A DNA stretch of 45,037 nt from Cyanophora paradoxa CCMP329 (taxonomy: Eukaryota > Plantae > Glaucophyta). Of this stretch, positions 10,401-20,709 are shown in pieces. Position 1 is the first letter of the stretch. The number at the start of each line of letters is the position of its first letter. The DNA lies in contig QPMI01000700.1 in assembly GCA_004431415.1 (NCBI GenBank), forward strand, positions 1 to 45,037. Reading direction: 5' to 3'. The translations under genes were made by a program, and so were the position numbers. The notes under the pieces were generated by a model. The model had not been told where the DNA came from and made no database searches. It saw nothing but the letters and a program-made list of their open reading frames with translations.

Positions 10401-10821
10401 AGAGCCAAGAGAAGATGGTGGAGGCCTCGGCGCCCTGCAGAACGAAGTGCACGCTCTGTCCATCCTCCAGCTCGCGGGAGAAGCTGACGCCCCCCGTCCG
10501 GCCCACGACAGCCTTCGCGGCATCGCAAGCCGACTCGCCGGGCGCAACCTGGCAAGGATTCACGCCCGGGGCGTTGCTTAGAGCGTAGACTACCCCCATC
10601 GCAGGCGACCAGGCCTTGGAGACCGAGACGAACGGGAAGCATGCAAAGAGATCCTCTTCCTCGGCATCTAGATCTGCCTCCTCGGCGAAGGGCAGCTCGT
10701 CTAGCAAGTTGACGTGCATAATGTTCGTTTTGATTTCGCAGTTGATATGCATGAGTGCTTCAGAAAAAGTCGAGTGCAGCACAACCGACGGCCTGGCGGG
10801 CAGGAGGGGTTGGGTGATCAC
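7484..10821 (-). CDS. UL9-like replication origin-binding protein (SF2 helicase), split by frameshifts; start codon uncertain (GTG 10821, ATG 10752 or 10718)
   Basis: Motifs in order across ORFs 9769..10821, 9167..10042, 8556..9458, 7899..8537, 7585..8346 and 7484..7684: I (VICSGLNTGKTKALI), Ia (ILVLTCRRAFS), VVICTIDSAHKV, II (LLVVLDELSSLMRHF), III (IVALDG), V (AVIATSALGAGVDFSDAHFDKIYG), VI (IVQLLFRVRRL). These match the herpesvirus UL9/origin-binding family pattern. Shifts at ~10092 and ~9210 are single-base homopolymer losses. No introns evident. Confidence 0.85.
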
Positions 10822-10904
10822 AGCCCTGCTAGGGGGTACTCAATATCATGGCATCTAGAGGGCCGGGGTACAGGCAAGAGCTCGAGCTCTGCAGACTTGC
10901 GGGA

Positions 10905-10955
10905 TGTGACCACCTCTTGGAAACTTCTATTAGAACTTTTCACGAGGTGGACACA
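10905..10955. promoter_or_regulatory. 51-bp imperfect palindrome, copy 2
   Basis: 10902-10956 matches 3013-3067 at 52 of 55 nt, same orientation, 7,889 bp apart. Overlaps the stop codon of the HNH-like ORF. Confidence 0.8.
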
Positions 10956-11542
10956 ACATGTACAGCTGGGCGACTTGCAGAGTGCACATCCTTCGCTTCA
11001 GCTATCTTGTGCGCCTTTGCTATCGCATCATGAGCGGCAAGGCCGTACTCTATCACTGCCGGTTGGCCTGGGCGAAAAGAGACGCGCCAGTAGCGGCTTT
11101 CCTTTGATTCTGCAGACAGCTCGTCAATCATTGCTTGGACTTGGCTCTGTTCGTAGGCTCGCTTCCTCCTCTTTGTCAGACACTTGCCTTTGTTGCTTGG
11201 AAGCTTGTCGCCTGCCACAGGAACCGCCCCAAGCCGACCTCCACAGTCCATGAGCCGTAGATTCTCCCTGCGCAAGTCCAGCTTGCACCCGCTGATGCTG
11301 TCGACGCGCCAGTCGTCGTTGGGCAGGCCGAGGGGGTACCCAAATAGAAAATGATGAGCATAGGCCACATTCCCGTCTGGCGATACTGTGTACGGCCAGC
11401 TCTGTCCATCCGCAGAGGCTACTCGCCATTGGTACATCCAGAGCGCTGGTGCCCGTCGCTTGTCTACTGTGAAGCTCGTGTAGCCCCCGTTTGGGAGAAG
11501 GGCGAAGATAAAAGCTGCACCCCAATCAAATGATTCAGACAT
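10940..11542 (-). CDS. HNH homing-endonuclease-like protein (HNH_3 type), catalytic residues degenerate
   Basis: Intact 200-aa ORF. FTVD...YQW...Y...YAHHFLFG..P..WRVDSISGCKLDLRRENLR follows the phage/viral pattern HR....VDHIdGnkLDNRreNLR, but with H>S and N>L. Basic C-terminal region. Confidence 0.7.
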   Translation of the reverse strand: MSESFDWGAAFIFALLPNGGYTSFTVDKRRAPALWMYQWRVASADGQSWPYTVSPDGNVAYAHHFLFGYPLGLPNDDWRVDSISGCKLDLRRENLRLMDCGGRLGAVPVAGDKLPSNKGKCLTKRRKRAYEQSQVQAMIDELSAESKESRYWRVSFRPGQPAVIEYGLAAHDAIAKAHKIAEAKDVHSASRPAVHVVSTS

Positions 11543-11954
11543 ATTGCAAATGATGCCGCTGGCTAGCGCTGCCGCACTTGAAGTGCTGCTTCAAGCTAAG
11601 CTCACTTTGCCCTAGGCTCAGAAAATGTTGGGCCGAATCAGAAGCTGGCCCGACCGAGAGGGGTACAGCACTTAGTTAGCACCCCAGTGGAGTCAGCCCC
11701 CACGGGGCCCCAGAGGGGTAAGGCAGTCTGTTAGCAGCTGTGCTTGTTGGTGTTCGCGAGGCGCGAGGGGTACGCTGACTGTTGCTCCCCGCATAGGTTA
11801 GTGCTAGCCCCCCCCCTGTTAGTGTCGGGTGTACGAGATCGCAATATAACACTCAAATCTCCGTGATGCGTGTCTCACGCAAACCTCCGAGGGTTAACAA
11901 TGGATTCATAAAGCTCGAGAGCTGGCGGTTCGCGGATTCCAGGTCGACGCCCTC

Positions 11955-12288
11955 ATATATATTCCATGGGAAATGTCGAGATTCGAGGAGATAATGGGAA
12001 TAATGTCAAAACCGGGCCCCGGCTCATCTCAGCAGAATTTCGCCAGAATCTTCGTGATTCTCGAGATTGTGCGCGAATTTCGGAGGAAATGTCAAAACCG
12101 GAAACCGGCGTGGCCCGAATTCTCGCCGGAATCTCACCAGAATTTCGCCAGAATTCGAATATCCGTGATTCTCGAGATTGTGCGCGAATTTCGGGGGAAA
12201 TTTCAAAACCGGAAACCGGCGTGGCCCCGAATTCTCGCCGGAGTCTCTCCAAAATTCCGCCAGAATATTCGTGATTCTCGAGATTGTG
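11955..12288 (+). repeat. 334-bp dispersed repeat, copy 1 (probable transposon terminus with ~110-bp subrepeats)
   Basis: Matches 19155-19488 with one difference seen (12202). Begins at a (TA)n run; GTGATTCTCGAGATTGTG recurs at ~12054, 12165 and 12271. Confidence 0.9.
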
Positions 12289-13134
12289 TCCCCTGGGTCT
12301 TGGTGCCGCCCTCTTCGTCGGGCCCGAGGGTGCCCCCAGCGCCACCCCGCCCCCTCCATCCCCGCCGCCTCCTCCTGGGCGCGCGGGCGCCGACTCTGCT
12401 GCGCGTGCACGCGCCGACTCTGGGCCATTCATGGCCATCTCCCACTATAGCTAGTAGAATGGGGCAGGAAGTGACACTGTCCTGACAATATTTAATGTAA
12501 ATAGTGTCAGATTAAAAGTGTCGGCCGGCCTGACACTACTTGGAGCGGGGCTTCTCTTCTAGTGATCTACAGCAGTCACTGAGTCTCCTACTGCACTAAA
12601 CAAGAACTAACGAACTAACGAACAAAATGAACGAGGGAGGAGTGATCAGAGAGGGGCACACATATTACAGACGTCGACAGGACAAGTATTGAATTGCACT
12701 GCAGCGGGCCACGAACGGAAAGCGACCGGCCGCGGGCCGAGCTCAGGATCAACGCGAGCAGCTTCGAATTCGCGAGCACTGGCCATGGGGACCTGGCCGG
12801 GGCCCTCCGCAGGACCCGCCCCGCTGCGCATGCTCGGGGCCCCCAGAGGCGAGGCGCCAGCAGCGGGTCGACCCGCGGCCGCGCGGGGCTGCCGGCGCCG
12901 GGGAAGGCCGCGCGGGGCCGCGCGCCAGGAAGGCCGCCGGGGGCGGGCGGCGGGGCGCGGGGCGAGGATGGTGGGGCGTCGACGTCGGTGGCGAACGAAG
13001 GGGGTGGACTCCGGGAGGGGGTCTGCGGGACGGGCGGGTGGGCGGGGCGGGCGGGGCCCGAGAAGCCAAGGAGGAGGCGGACGTGGGTGAAGGAGCAGGG
13101 CGGGGGGGCGCGGGTTGGGGCGGGGCCGGGGCGG

Positions 13135-15130
13135 TCAGGGCGGGAGGAAGAAAGTGTCGTCGAGGGAGACCACCTCGCCCCGCACCTGCCGCCCCGCCCT
13201 CGGCCCGAGAGGCGGGGGCGGGGGCGGGGCCGGCGCGCGCCCGCGTGTGGTTGTGCCGCAGGAAGGTCGCCAGCTCGGCGACCAGGCGCCCGATCTGCAG
13301 CGCGGAGCGGGGCGCTCGGCGGGCGGGGCGGGGGCGGGGGGGCGGCGGACGTTGCTTGAGAAGGTGACGACGGAGGCGCCGCACGTCGCCAGCGCCACCA
13401 CGTCCACCATCGCCGCCTGCCCGCCCCGCCCCGCCTCGCCCGCGGCCCCGCGGAGGGGCGCGGGGGGCCACCTTCCACTCGCGCGTGCGCGTCCCGCCCC
13501 TCCGCCGCTCCGCAGGTGGCTCGCGTGGTCGAAGACCTGCCCCGCCGCCCTGAGACGCGGCTGGCCATGGCCGGCGGGGCCCCACCCACCGCGCGGTCCT
13601 TGTCGGGGGCGTGGAGGAAGGTGTAGCGCGGCCCGTACGCCCCCGCCTCCTCCCGCAGCACCGCTGCCTCGTCTGCCCCCGCCCCTCGCCCCCCGGCCCC
13701 CGGAGGGGGGCGTGGGGGCAGGCGGACCCGTTGCGACGAAGAAAAGGGTCGTGTTGAGGGCGCGGAGGAACGGCTCCGCCCGCTCCACGTACTGGCCGGG
13801 CCGCCCCCCGGTCGGCCCCGCCCGCGGGGGCGCAGCGGGCGCCGCACCCGGGCCAGCGGCAGCGGCCTCGCCTCCGACCTCTTGTCCTGCCGCCTGCCCC
13901 GCCCGCTCGGCGGCGGCGGGCGTGGGGCGCAGGGGCGGGGCGGGGCGGACCGGACGTGGATGGAGACGCAGGGGGCGCCGGGGGCGAGGCCGGCGGCGCG
14001 CAGGCCCTCCTCGAGCCAGGCCGCGCCCCGCGCGTTGGAGCGCAGCAGGAAGGCGACGGCCTGCCGCGCGTGCGAGTGAGGGGCGCCCGCGCGGGTCGCT
14101 CGCCCGGCCTTCAAGGCGCGCCTGGGCGCGGGCCCACTCGGGGCCCCACTTCTCGAAGCCCGGGGCCGCGCCTCGCCGGGGGCCGCCACGGAGCGCGCGA
14201 GCGCCGCGTCGCTCCACGCCGCGAAGTCGTAGTAGAGGACCGTCTTGTTCGCCTGCGCCCCGCCGCCGGCTCGCCCGAGGCGGGGGGCGGGTGGGCCGGA
14301 GCGCGGCGCGCCTCGTGCTTCCCGAGCGATATGGGCGCCGCCCCGCTCTGCAGGTCCCCAAGGTCCGAGAGGCTGCCCCGCGCCGGCGCGTGAGGCGGGC
14401 TGGGGGAGGTGCGCCGCGCCGCCGCGTCGGCGCGTCGGCGCACGAGCAGGTGGAGAGCGGGAGCATGCGGCAGCCGAGGCAGCGGCACTCCTCCGCGCAG
14501 AGATCGTGGTCCGCGTACCTGCCGCCGGGCGCCCGCTCTCGGCTCGGGCGGGGAGGGGCAGACTCTGAGAGGGGCGGGCGCGACGCGCGCACAGCCAGTC
14601 CTGGTGCGGGCCACCAGGAGCACGCGCCGCGTCTTGAGCACGATCCCCAGAGCGAGGCCGTGTGGTGGAGCTCCGAGCCGAACCCTGCGCCCGCCGCCGG
14701 CCCGCGCACTAAACCCGGGGTCACGGCCGCAGGGCGTGCGGGATGCGGCGCGCGCGCCTGCGGCGCCGAAGCGAAAGAGGAGGATCTGAGACACGCGGGG
14801 GCTGCAATCCTCGCGGGCTCGGTACTGGTTCCGGTAGATGACGCGCTGCCAGGCTGGGGCGTCGGCACGGCCGCGGGTCGACGTCAGACGGCAAGACGCG
14901 GCCGCTGGGCGGCTCGCGATCGGGTCGACGCCGCAGCAGGTCGAACGCACCCGAAACTCACGCATCGCTTCCACCTGCTCGTCGTTCGCGCGTCCCGAGC
15001 CGAGGGCGAGCGAGTAGAGGAAGACGTATCGATATCGCGCACAGCGAGAATTAACTCGGGTGTATCTTAAGTAAAACCCGAGATACCATTTCAGTGAAAC
15101 GGACACGCAATGATGAGTCCGAAATACCAT
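13135..15130 (-). CDS. GT23-family alpha-1,6-fucosyltransferase-like (FUT8/NodZ-like) gene, multi-exon; 5' end uncertain
   Basis: Exon fragments in the expected order: IYRNQ..EDCS, GFGSELHH.ALALGIVLKTRRVLL, WLYADHDLC..C..C..LPLSTC, CVSIHVR/RQDKRSEA, YVERAE..LFFVAT/DE, MVDVVALATCGASVVTFSSN/IGRLVAEL, VVSLDDTFFLPP*. These are separated by C-rich GT-AG introns. Homopolymer frameshifts near 14612 and 14656. Confidence 0.8.
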
Positions 15131-16419
15131 TTAAGCTCATCTCGGCAGGCATCTAAGCTTATTTAAGCTTATCTCGCAGGCCTGTGACCGGAGCACCCGT
15201 CCACCCGCGCCGCGCGCCCACCAGCGAGCAGCCAATCTCGATTGCACTCACTCTCTAGCTAGCTAGCTATCAGATGCCTGAATGGTCTCGCTAGCTAGCT
15301 AGCTACACCTACATCGCGCCTCGTTGACCACCTCTTAGCTACTCGCAGCGCCATCCGCGCAGCGCCATCGCCCACTTGTCCAGCCGCCGGCGCCGCTCCA
15401 TGTGCTCCACCACATCCGCGGCGCCTCGTTGCGCGTGCCGCGGTGCCGCCAGGCGCCTGCACGCGCGAAGTCACGGCAAGGCGCGGCACCTAAGCTCAGC
15501 GCGGGACGGGAAGCTATAGGATGGACCGGCCTGGCGCGCTTGCTAGCAAGCATTGCTAGCTAACGTGGCGCAGCCTGGGGCGCGCGCGTACCTGGTGCCA
15601 GAGGGCCCGGCCCGCGGAACGCGGAACGCAGGCCTAGGGAGACCACCGAGGGCTCCTTTACGGAGTAGTCAGATCACTTAGCAAATCCGATGGCAGGACG
15701 GTGTCTTGGGCACTTGTTCGAACCTGCCATCGCGTCTCGGTCCAGAGCGTCGGAATTCGCGTCTCGGTGCTCGGAAGGGTTGCTGTCCGCCCTCAAGAGC
15801 TAGTTAGCCAGCGTGGCACCAAGTGGACGGCGGGAGACCGACCGCAGCGGGTGTCCGTTGAAGCCGATGAACGGAAGCCGATGACCAAGGACCTGCGCGT
15901 GAAGAGGACAGGAATGCGCTAGGAGTCGCGGTTCAATGCTGTTGCTCGGGCGGCGGCCAGCGAGGCCTGCGGGACGAAGACGTTGACGAAGGCTTTTTGG
16001 ATGTGTACCCTGTCCAATCGCGTACTGGTACCCCGGTCCCGCAGCTGCATTGCTGCTGCAACCATGTGCAATGGTCCCGCAGCTGCATCCCATCGTGCAG
16101 CTGAGCGCGTGCAAGCATACGTGTGCGAGGATGCCAAGGATGCCAAGAACTGGCGCGGCGCGATGTGGCGACAGGCAACCGATACACAGCCCGAGCCGCT
16201 AACGAGCGAAAAGCTTCGTGCGTGCCACTTCTAATACAATCTCTCCTATGAGTCCCCAGGGCTGAGTACTCCGTGGCGCAGGGAGACTCGGCGACGCAGC
16301 GCAGATGCTGACGCAGCGCGATCCATGCGGGACCCGCCCTTCCGGCAAGCGATATAAACAGTTCGTACCACTTTCAGGAGTTTTCTCATAGACAAGTCAT
16401 GGGGCCGCCGCATAGGGCC

Positions 16420-17745
16420 GAGGCGCGGCCAGGCGGAGCGGAGGCGCGCGCGGCGGCGCGGCTCGCCGGGCGGGGCGGAGGCGCGGCGGGCGGCGGCGAG
16501 GCTCACTGCACGCCGCGTAGGCGCGGCGGGCAGCGGCGCGGCTCTCTGGGCGGGGCGGAGGCGCGGCGCGCGGCGGGCATCTCGCCGGGCGGCGCGGGAG
16601 GCGCGGCGGGCGGCGACGAGGCTCGCCGCACGCGGCGGAGGCGCGAAGGGCGGCAGCGAGGCTCTCCGGGCGGGGCGGAGGCGCGGCGGGCGGCGACGAG
16701 GCTCGCCGCACGCGGCGGAGGCGCGACGGGCGGCGGCGAGGCTCTCTGGGCGGGGCGGAGGCGCGGCGCGCGGCGGGGCATCTCGCCGGGCGGCGCGGGA
16801 GGCGCGGCGGGCGGCGGCGAGGCTCTCCGGGCGGGGCGGAGGCGCGGCGGGCGGCGGGGCATCTCGCCGGGCGGCGCGGGAGGCGGCGCGGGCAGCGGCG
16901 CGGCTCTCCGGGCGGGGCGGAGGCGCGGCGCGCGGCGGGGCATCTCGCCGGGCGGTGCGGGAGGCGCGGCGGGCGGCGACGAGGCTCACTGCACGCGCGG
17001 GAGGCGCGGGCGGGCAGCGGCGCGGCTCTCCGGGTGGGGCAGAGGCGCGGCGGGCGGCGGGGCATCTCGCCGGGCGGCGCGGGAGGCGCGGCGGGCAGCG
17101 GCGCGGCTCTCCGGGCGGGGCGGAGGCGCGGCGGGCGGCGACGAGGCTCGCCGCACGCGGCGGAGGCGCGACGGGCGGCGGCGAGGCTCTCTGGGCGGGG
17201 CGGAGGCGCGGCGCGCGGCGGGGCATCTCGCCGGGCGGCGCGGGAGGCGCGGCGGGCGGCGGCGAGGCTCTCCGGGCGGGGCGGAGGCGCGGCGCGCGGC
17301 GGGGCATCTCGCCGGGCGGCGCGGGAGGCGGCGCGGGCAGCGGCGCGGCTCTCCGGGCGGGGCGGAGGCGCGGCGCGCGGCGGGGCATCTCGCCGGGCGG
17401 TGCGGGAGGCGCGGCGGGCGGCGACGAGGCTCACTGCACGCGCGGGAGGCGCGGCGGGCAGCGGCGCGGCTCTCCGGCGGGGCAGAGGCGCGGCGGGCGG
17501 CGGGGCATCTCGCCGGGCGGCGCGGGAGGCGCGGCGGGCAGCGGCGCGGCTCTCCGGGCGGGGCGGAGGCGCGGCGCGCGGCGCGGCATCTCGCCGGGCG
17601 GCGCGGGAGGCGCGGGCGGGCGGCGGCGAGGCTCGCCGCACGCGGCGGAGGCGCGGCGGGCGGAGGCGCGGCGGGCGGCGGCGCGGCGGGCGGCGGCGCG
17701 GCGGGCGGCGGCGCGGCGGCGCGGCGGGCGGCGGCGCGGCTCCCC
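16420..17745. repeat. Extremely GC-rich complex minisatellite (~40- and ~81-bp periodicities)
   Basis: Recurrent GGCATCTCGCCGGGCGGCGCGGGAGGCGCGGCGGG and GGCTCTCCGGGCGGGGCGGAGGCGCGGCG modules; open in many frames on both strands. Confidence 0.95.
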
Positions 17746-18544
17746 CGCTCAATGTGTGCAGAGATTTTGATGTGATTTTGACTAGCCTAGTAGCTCCAAA
17801 TTTGCTTTGTCTCGCATTGACACATGGCGTCATTTACGACATGTGTAGGGGACATGCATATATATGTGCACGTGATCATGAGGGCACGCCACAGCGAGGC
17901 GGGTTACGTGGCGGCACGGCGGTCGCGATCGCGGCGCCGGGGCATATATAGTGAGGCACGTGGGGGCACGGCAGCGGGGCATAGTACGAGTGCGCCGCGG
18001 CGGCATGGCCGTGGGGGCCCAGGGCCCGGGGCACGTGCACTATAGCTAGCTCTAGGCGGCACCTGGCCGTAATAATTTCCGAAATCTCGTTCCAACAAGC
18101 GATGCCCTGTTAATGAGTGACATATGAGGCTTGTTTAAGCCTTTATATGATGCAACACACATGCTGTTGTTGACTGGGAATGGAGTCACTCACCCGGTGA
18201 CCGACTCGGCGAGGTCAGTTTTCATGATGACAGAGTTGGATGAGGTCATGATCAAGATGCCATGATGTCAGGCTTGAGAGCTCGTCAGACGTTTTGGCGG
18301 GCTCTTACAGGTTAGATTACTTTGCGAGTCCCGACCTTTTTATATATCCTGAAAGTTCTTTTCATTGTCCTTCTTATGATGTACTCTGATGTAATAGAGC
18401 TCAATTCTATCCAAAGATATTCAGTTCGAAAAGAAACTTCTGTGGATGGCACATGGTGCCCTGGTCTCGCTCTTGCCATCCCACTAGGGCCCGGGCACCC
18501 CCGCATCTTATAGATTCTGAATCCATGTATACCACATGTTGTTT

Positions 18545-19030
18545 CTCAGGGCTTGGATGCAGGCGCGGGGCCCGCCCTGGGGAGGCCGGGCGTGGTTCCG
18601 CGGGCCCATCATTCTCTGATGACCCCCTCACTCCCTCGAGGCGATTCTTCTGTGTCGCGCCCGGCGGCCCCGGCTCACCTTATATAAACTGAATCCCAAT
18701 GTAATCGATGTTGGTTCTCAGGGCTCGGATGCAGGCGCGGGGCCCGCCCTGGGGAGGCCGGGCGTGGTTCCGCGGGCCCATCATTCTCAGGTGCCCCCCT
18801 CACTCCCTCGAGGCGATTCTTCTGTGTCGTGCCCGGCGTCCCCGGCTCACCTTATATAAACTGAATCCCAATGTAATAGATGTTATTTCGCAGGGCTCGG
18901 ATGCAGGCGCGGGGCCCGCCCTGGGGAGGACGGGCGTGGTTCCGCGGGCCCATCATTCTCAGGTGCCCCTCTCACTCCCTCGAGGCGATTCTTCGAATTC
19001 TGTGTCGCCCCCGGCGGCCCCGGCTCACCG
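18545..19030 (+). repeat. 172-bp tandem repeat, ~3 copies
   Basis: GGATGCAGGCGCGGGGCCCGCCCTGGGGAGG at ~18555, 18727 and 18899. Confidence 0.95.
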
Positions 19031-19154
19031 GCTTATATCAGAGTAATAGTACCAGCTTCTGGAATGCCCGAATGTATTTACTTTGCCTTCGCGGCCCGCT
19101 TTATAGCTAGCTATCTGTAGTGAATTCTGGACATTGTCGTGAGATTATGCGTAT

Positions 19155-19550
19155 ATATATATTCCATGGGAAATGTCGAGATTCGAGGAGATAATGGGAA
19201 TAATGTCAAAACCGGGCCCCGGCTCATCTCAGCAGAATTTCGCCAGAATCTTCGTGATTCTCGAGATTGTGCGCGAATTTCGGAGGAAATGTCAAAACCG
19301 GAAACCGGCGTGGCCCGAATTCTCGCCGGAATCTCACCAGAATTTCGCCAGAATTCGAATATCCGTGATTCTCGAGATTGTGCGCGAATTTCGGGGGAAA
19401 TGTCAAAACCGGAAACCGGCGTGGCCCCGAATTCTCGCCGGAGTCTCTCCAAAATTCCGCCAGAATATTCGTGATTCTCGAGATTGTGCGCGAATTCGGG
19501 GGAAAATGTCAAAATCGGCAAACGCTTTGGCCCGGCCCCGAGTTCGAATT
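19155..19550 (+). repeat. 334-bp dispersed repeat, copy 2 (extends by a further subrepeat)
   Basis: Exactly 7,200 bp downstream of copy 1, same orientation. Confidence 0.9.
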
Positions 19551-19669
19551 CTCTCCCAAAACTTTATCGCCGGCCTCGCTCGTCGCGATTTTTCGCTCTC
19601 GCTCTTCTGTATTTTCTGTATTTCTGTAGTGTGTGTGCTCGAGTGTGATTTTCAAGAAGGACAGGGATG

Positions 19670-20425
19670 CAAGGCGGGGTGCGCCGCGGCGGGGCGGGGC
19701 GGCCAGGGGCCGGCGCGGGGCGCGATCCGGCCTGCGCGCGGGCGTCAGCGCGGCTCGCGGGGGGCGGGGGGCGGCGGGGGCGGCACGGACCTGGCCTCAG
19801 CCCCGTCGGCGAGGCGGGGCGCGCCGCGGCGGGCGGGGCGGGCAGGGGCCGGCGCGGGGCGCGATCCGGCCTGCGCGCGGGCGTCAGCGCGGCTCGCGGC
19901 GGACGGGGGGCGGCGGGGGCGGCGCGGACCTGGCCTCAGCCCCGTCGGCGAGGCGGGGCGCGCCGCGGCGGGGCGGGGCGGGCAGGGGCCGGCGCGGGGC
20001 GCGATCCGGCCTGCGCGCGGGCGTCAGCGCGGCTCGCGGCGGACGGGGGGCGGCGGGGGCGGCGCGGACCTGGCCTCAGCCCCGTCGGCGAGGCGGGGCG
20101 CGCCGCGGCGGGGCGGGGCGGGCAGGGGCCGGCGCGGGGCGCGATCCGGCCTGCGCGCGGGCGTCAGCGCGGCTCGCGGCGGGCGGGGGGCGGCGGGGGC
20201 GGCGCGGACCTGGCCTCAGCCTCGTCGGCGAGGCGGGGCGCGCCGCGGCGGGGCGGGGCGGGCAGGGGCCGGCGCGGGGCGCGATCCGGCCTGCGCGCGG
20301 GCGTCAGCGCGGCTCGCGGCGGGCGGGGGGCGGCGGGGCGGCGCGGACCTGGCCTCAGCCTCGTCGGCGAGGCGGGGCGCGCCGCGGCGGGGCGGGGCGG
20401 GCAGGGGCCGGCGCGGGGCGCGATC
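19670..20425. repeat. 140-bp GC-rich minisatellite, ~5.4 copies
   Basis: GGCAGGGGCCGGCGCGGGGCGCGATC at 19841, 19981, 20121, 20261 and ~20400. Confidence 0.95.
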
Positions 20426-20565
20426 GGCCAGGCCGCTGGCCAGTCGCTGAGTGCCCTATAGGCCTACTGTGACAGCCGCGAGGGCGTCCGCGAGGCTTCG
20501 CCGTACTTAGTGCTCCGCAGGAGCACGGATCTTGTTAACCAGCCAAACCCCGGAATTACTAAATA

Positions 20566-20630
20566 TTTTTTTTTTTTTTTTAAAGATCTACGGTGGGCGT
20601 GCCCACTCGTAGTACACAACGAGGATACAA
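20566..20630 (-). mobile_element. Very short retro-insertion (hairpin + poly-A tail on minus strand) inside the left TIR
   Basis: T16 run followed by the hairpin CTACG-GTGGGC-GT-GCCCAC-T-CGTAG; absent from the right TIR. No clear TSD. Confidence 0.55.
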
Positions 20631-20709
20631 GGGGTCTTAATTATTACCTGAATTACAGTATATACGTACTACGGTACTAGGCTAGAGCCGCTAGACTCGC
20701 CCGCTAGAG

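Larger units (their letters stand above)
1..11900. mobile_element. Endogenous DNA-virus-like element / replicon fragment (left end outside window, right boundary approximate)
   Basis: Cluster of a D5-like SF3 helicase, a UL9-like SF2 helicase, an HNH-like gene and compact same-strand small ORFs with a shared upstream motif, plus duplicated palindromes. No capsid, polymerase or integrase gene was recognised in the window, so the class is unassigned. Confidence 0.75.

Noticed and set aside
12615-15070. 500-650-aa ORFs on both strands
   Set aside because: Artefacts of extreme GC content; only short minus-strand exons carry GT23 motifs.
15324-15336. TGACCACCTCTT match to the palindrome half-site
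   Set aside because: Single 12-bp match outside the element with no partner arm; may be chance.
15701-16234. Possible ~178-codon plus-strand frame with one internal TAG (15920)
   Set aside because: No recognisable motif, ATG start or splice pattern; cannot be supported as a gene.
16246-17951. Long Arg/Ala/Pro/Gly-rich ORFs
   Set aside because: GC-rich minisatellite lacking stop codons in most frames on both strands; no coding signal.
11955-19488. LTR retrotransposon bounded by the 334-bp repeats
   Set aside because: No TG...CA ends, primer-binding site, or gag/pol between them; copy 2 extends beyond copy 1.
19173-20472. ORFs of 264-425 aa
   Set aside because: They run through the dispersed repeat and the 140-bp minisatellite.
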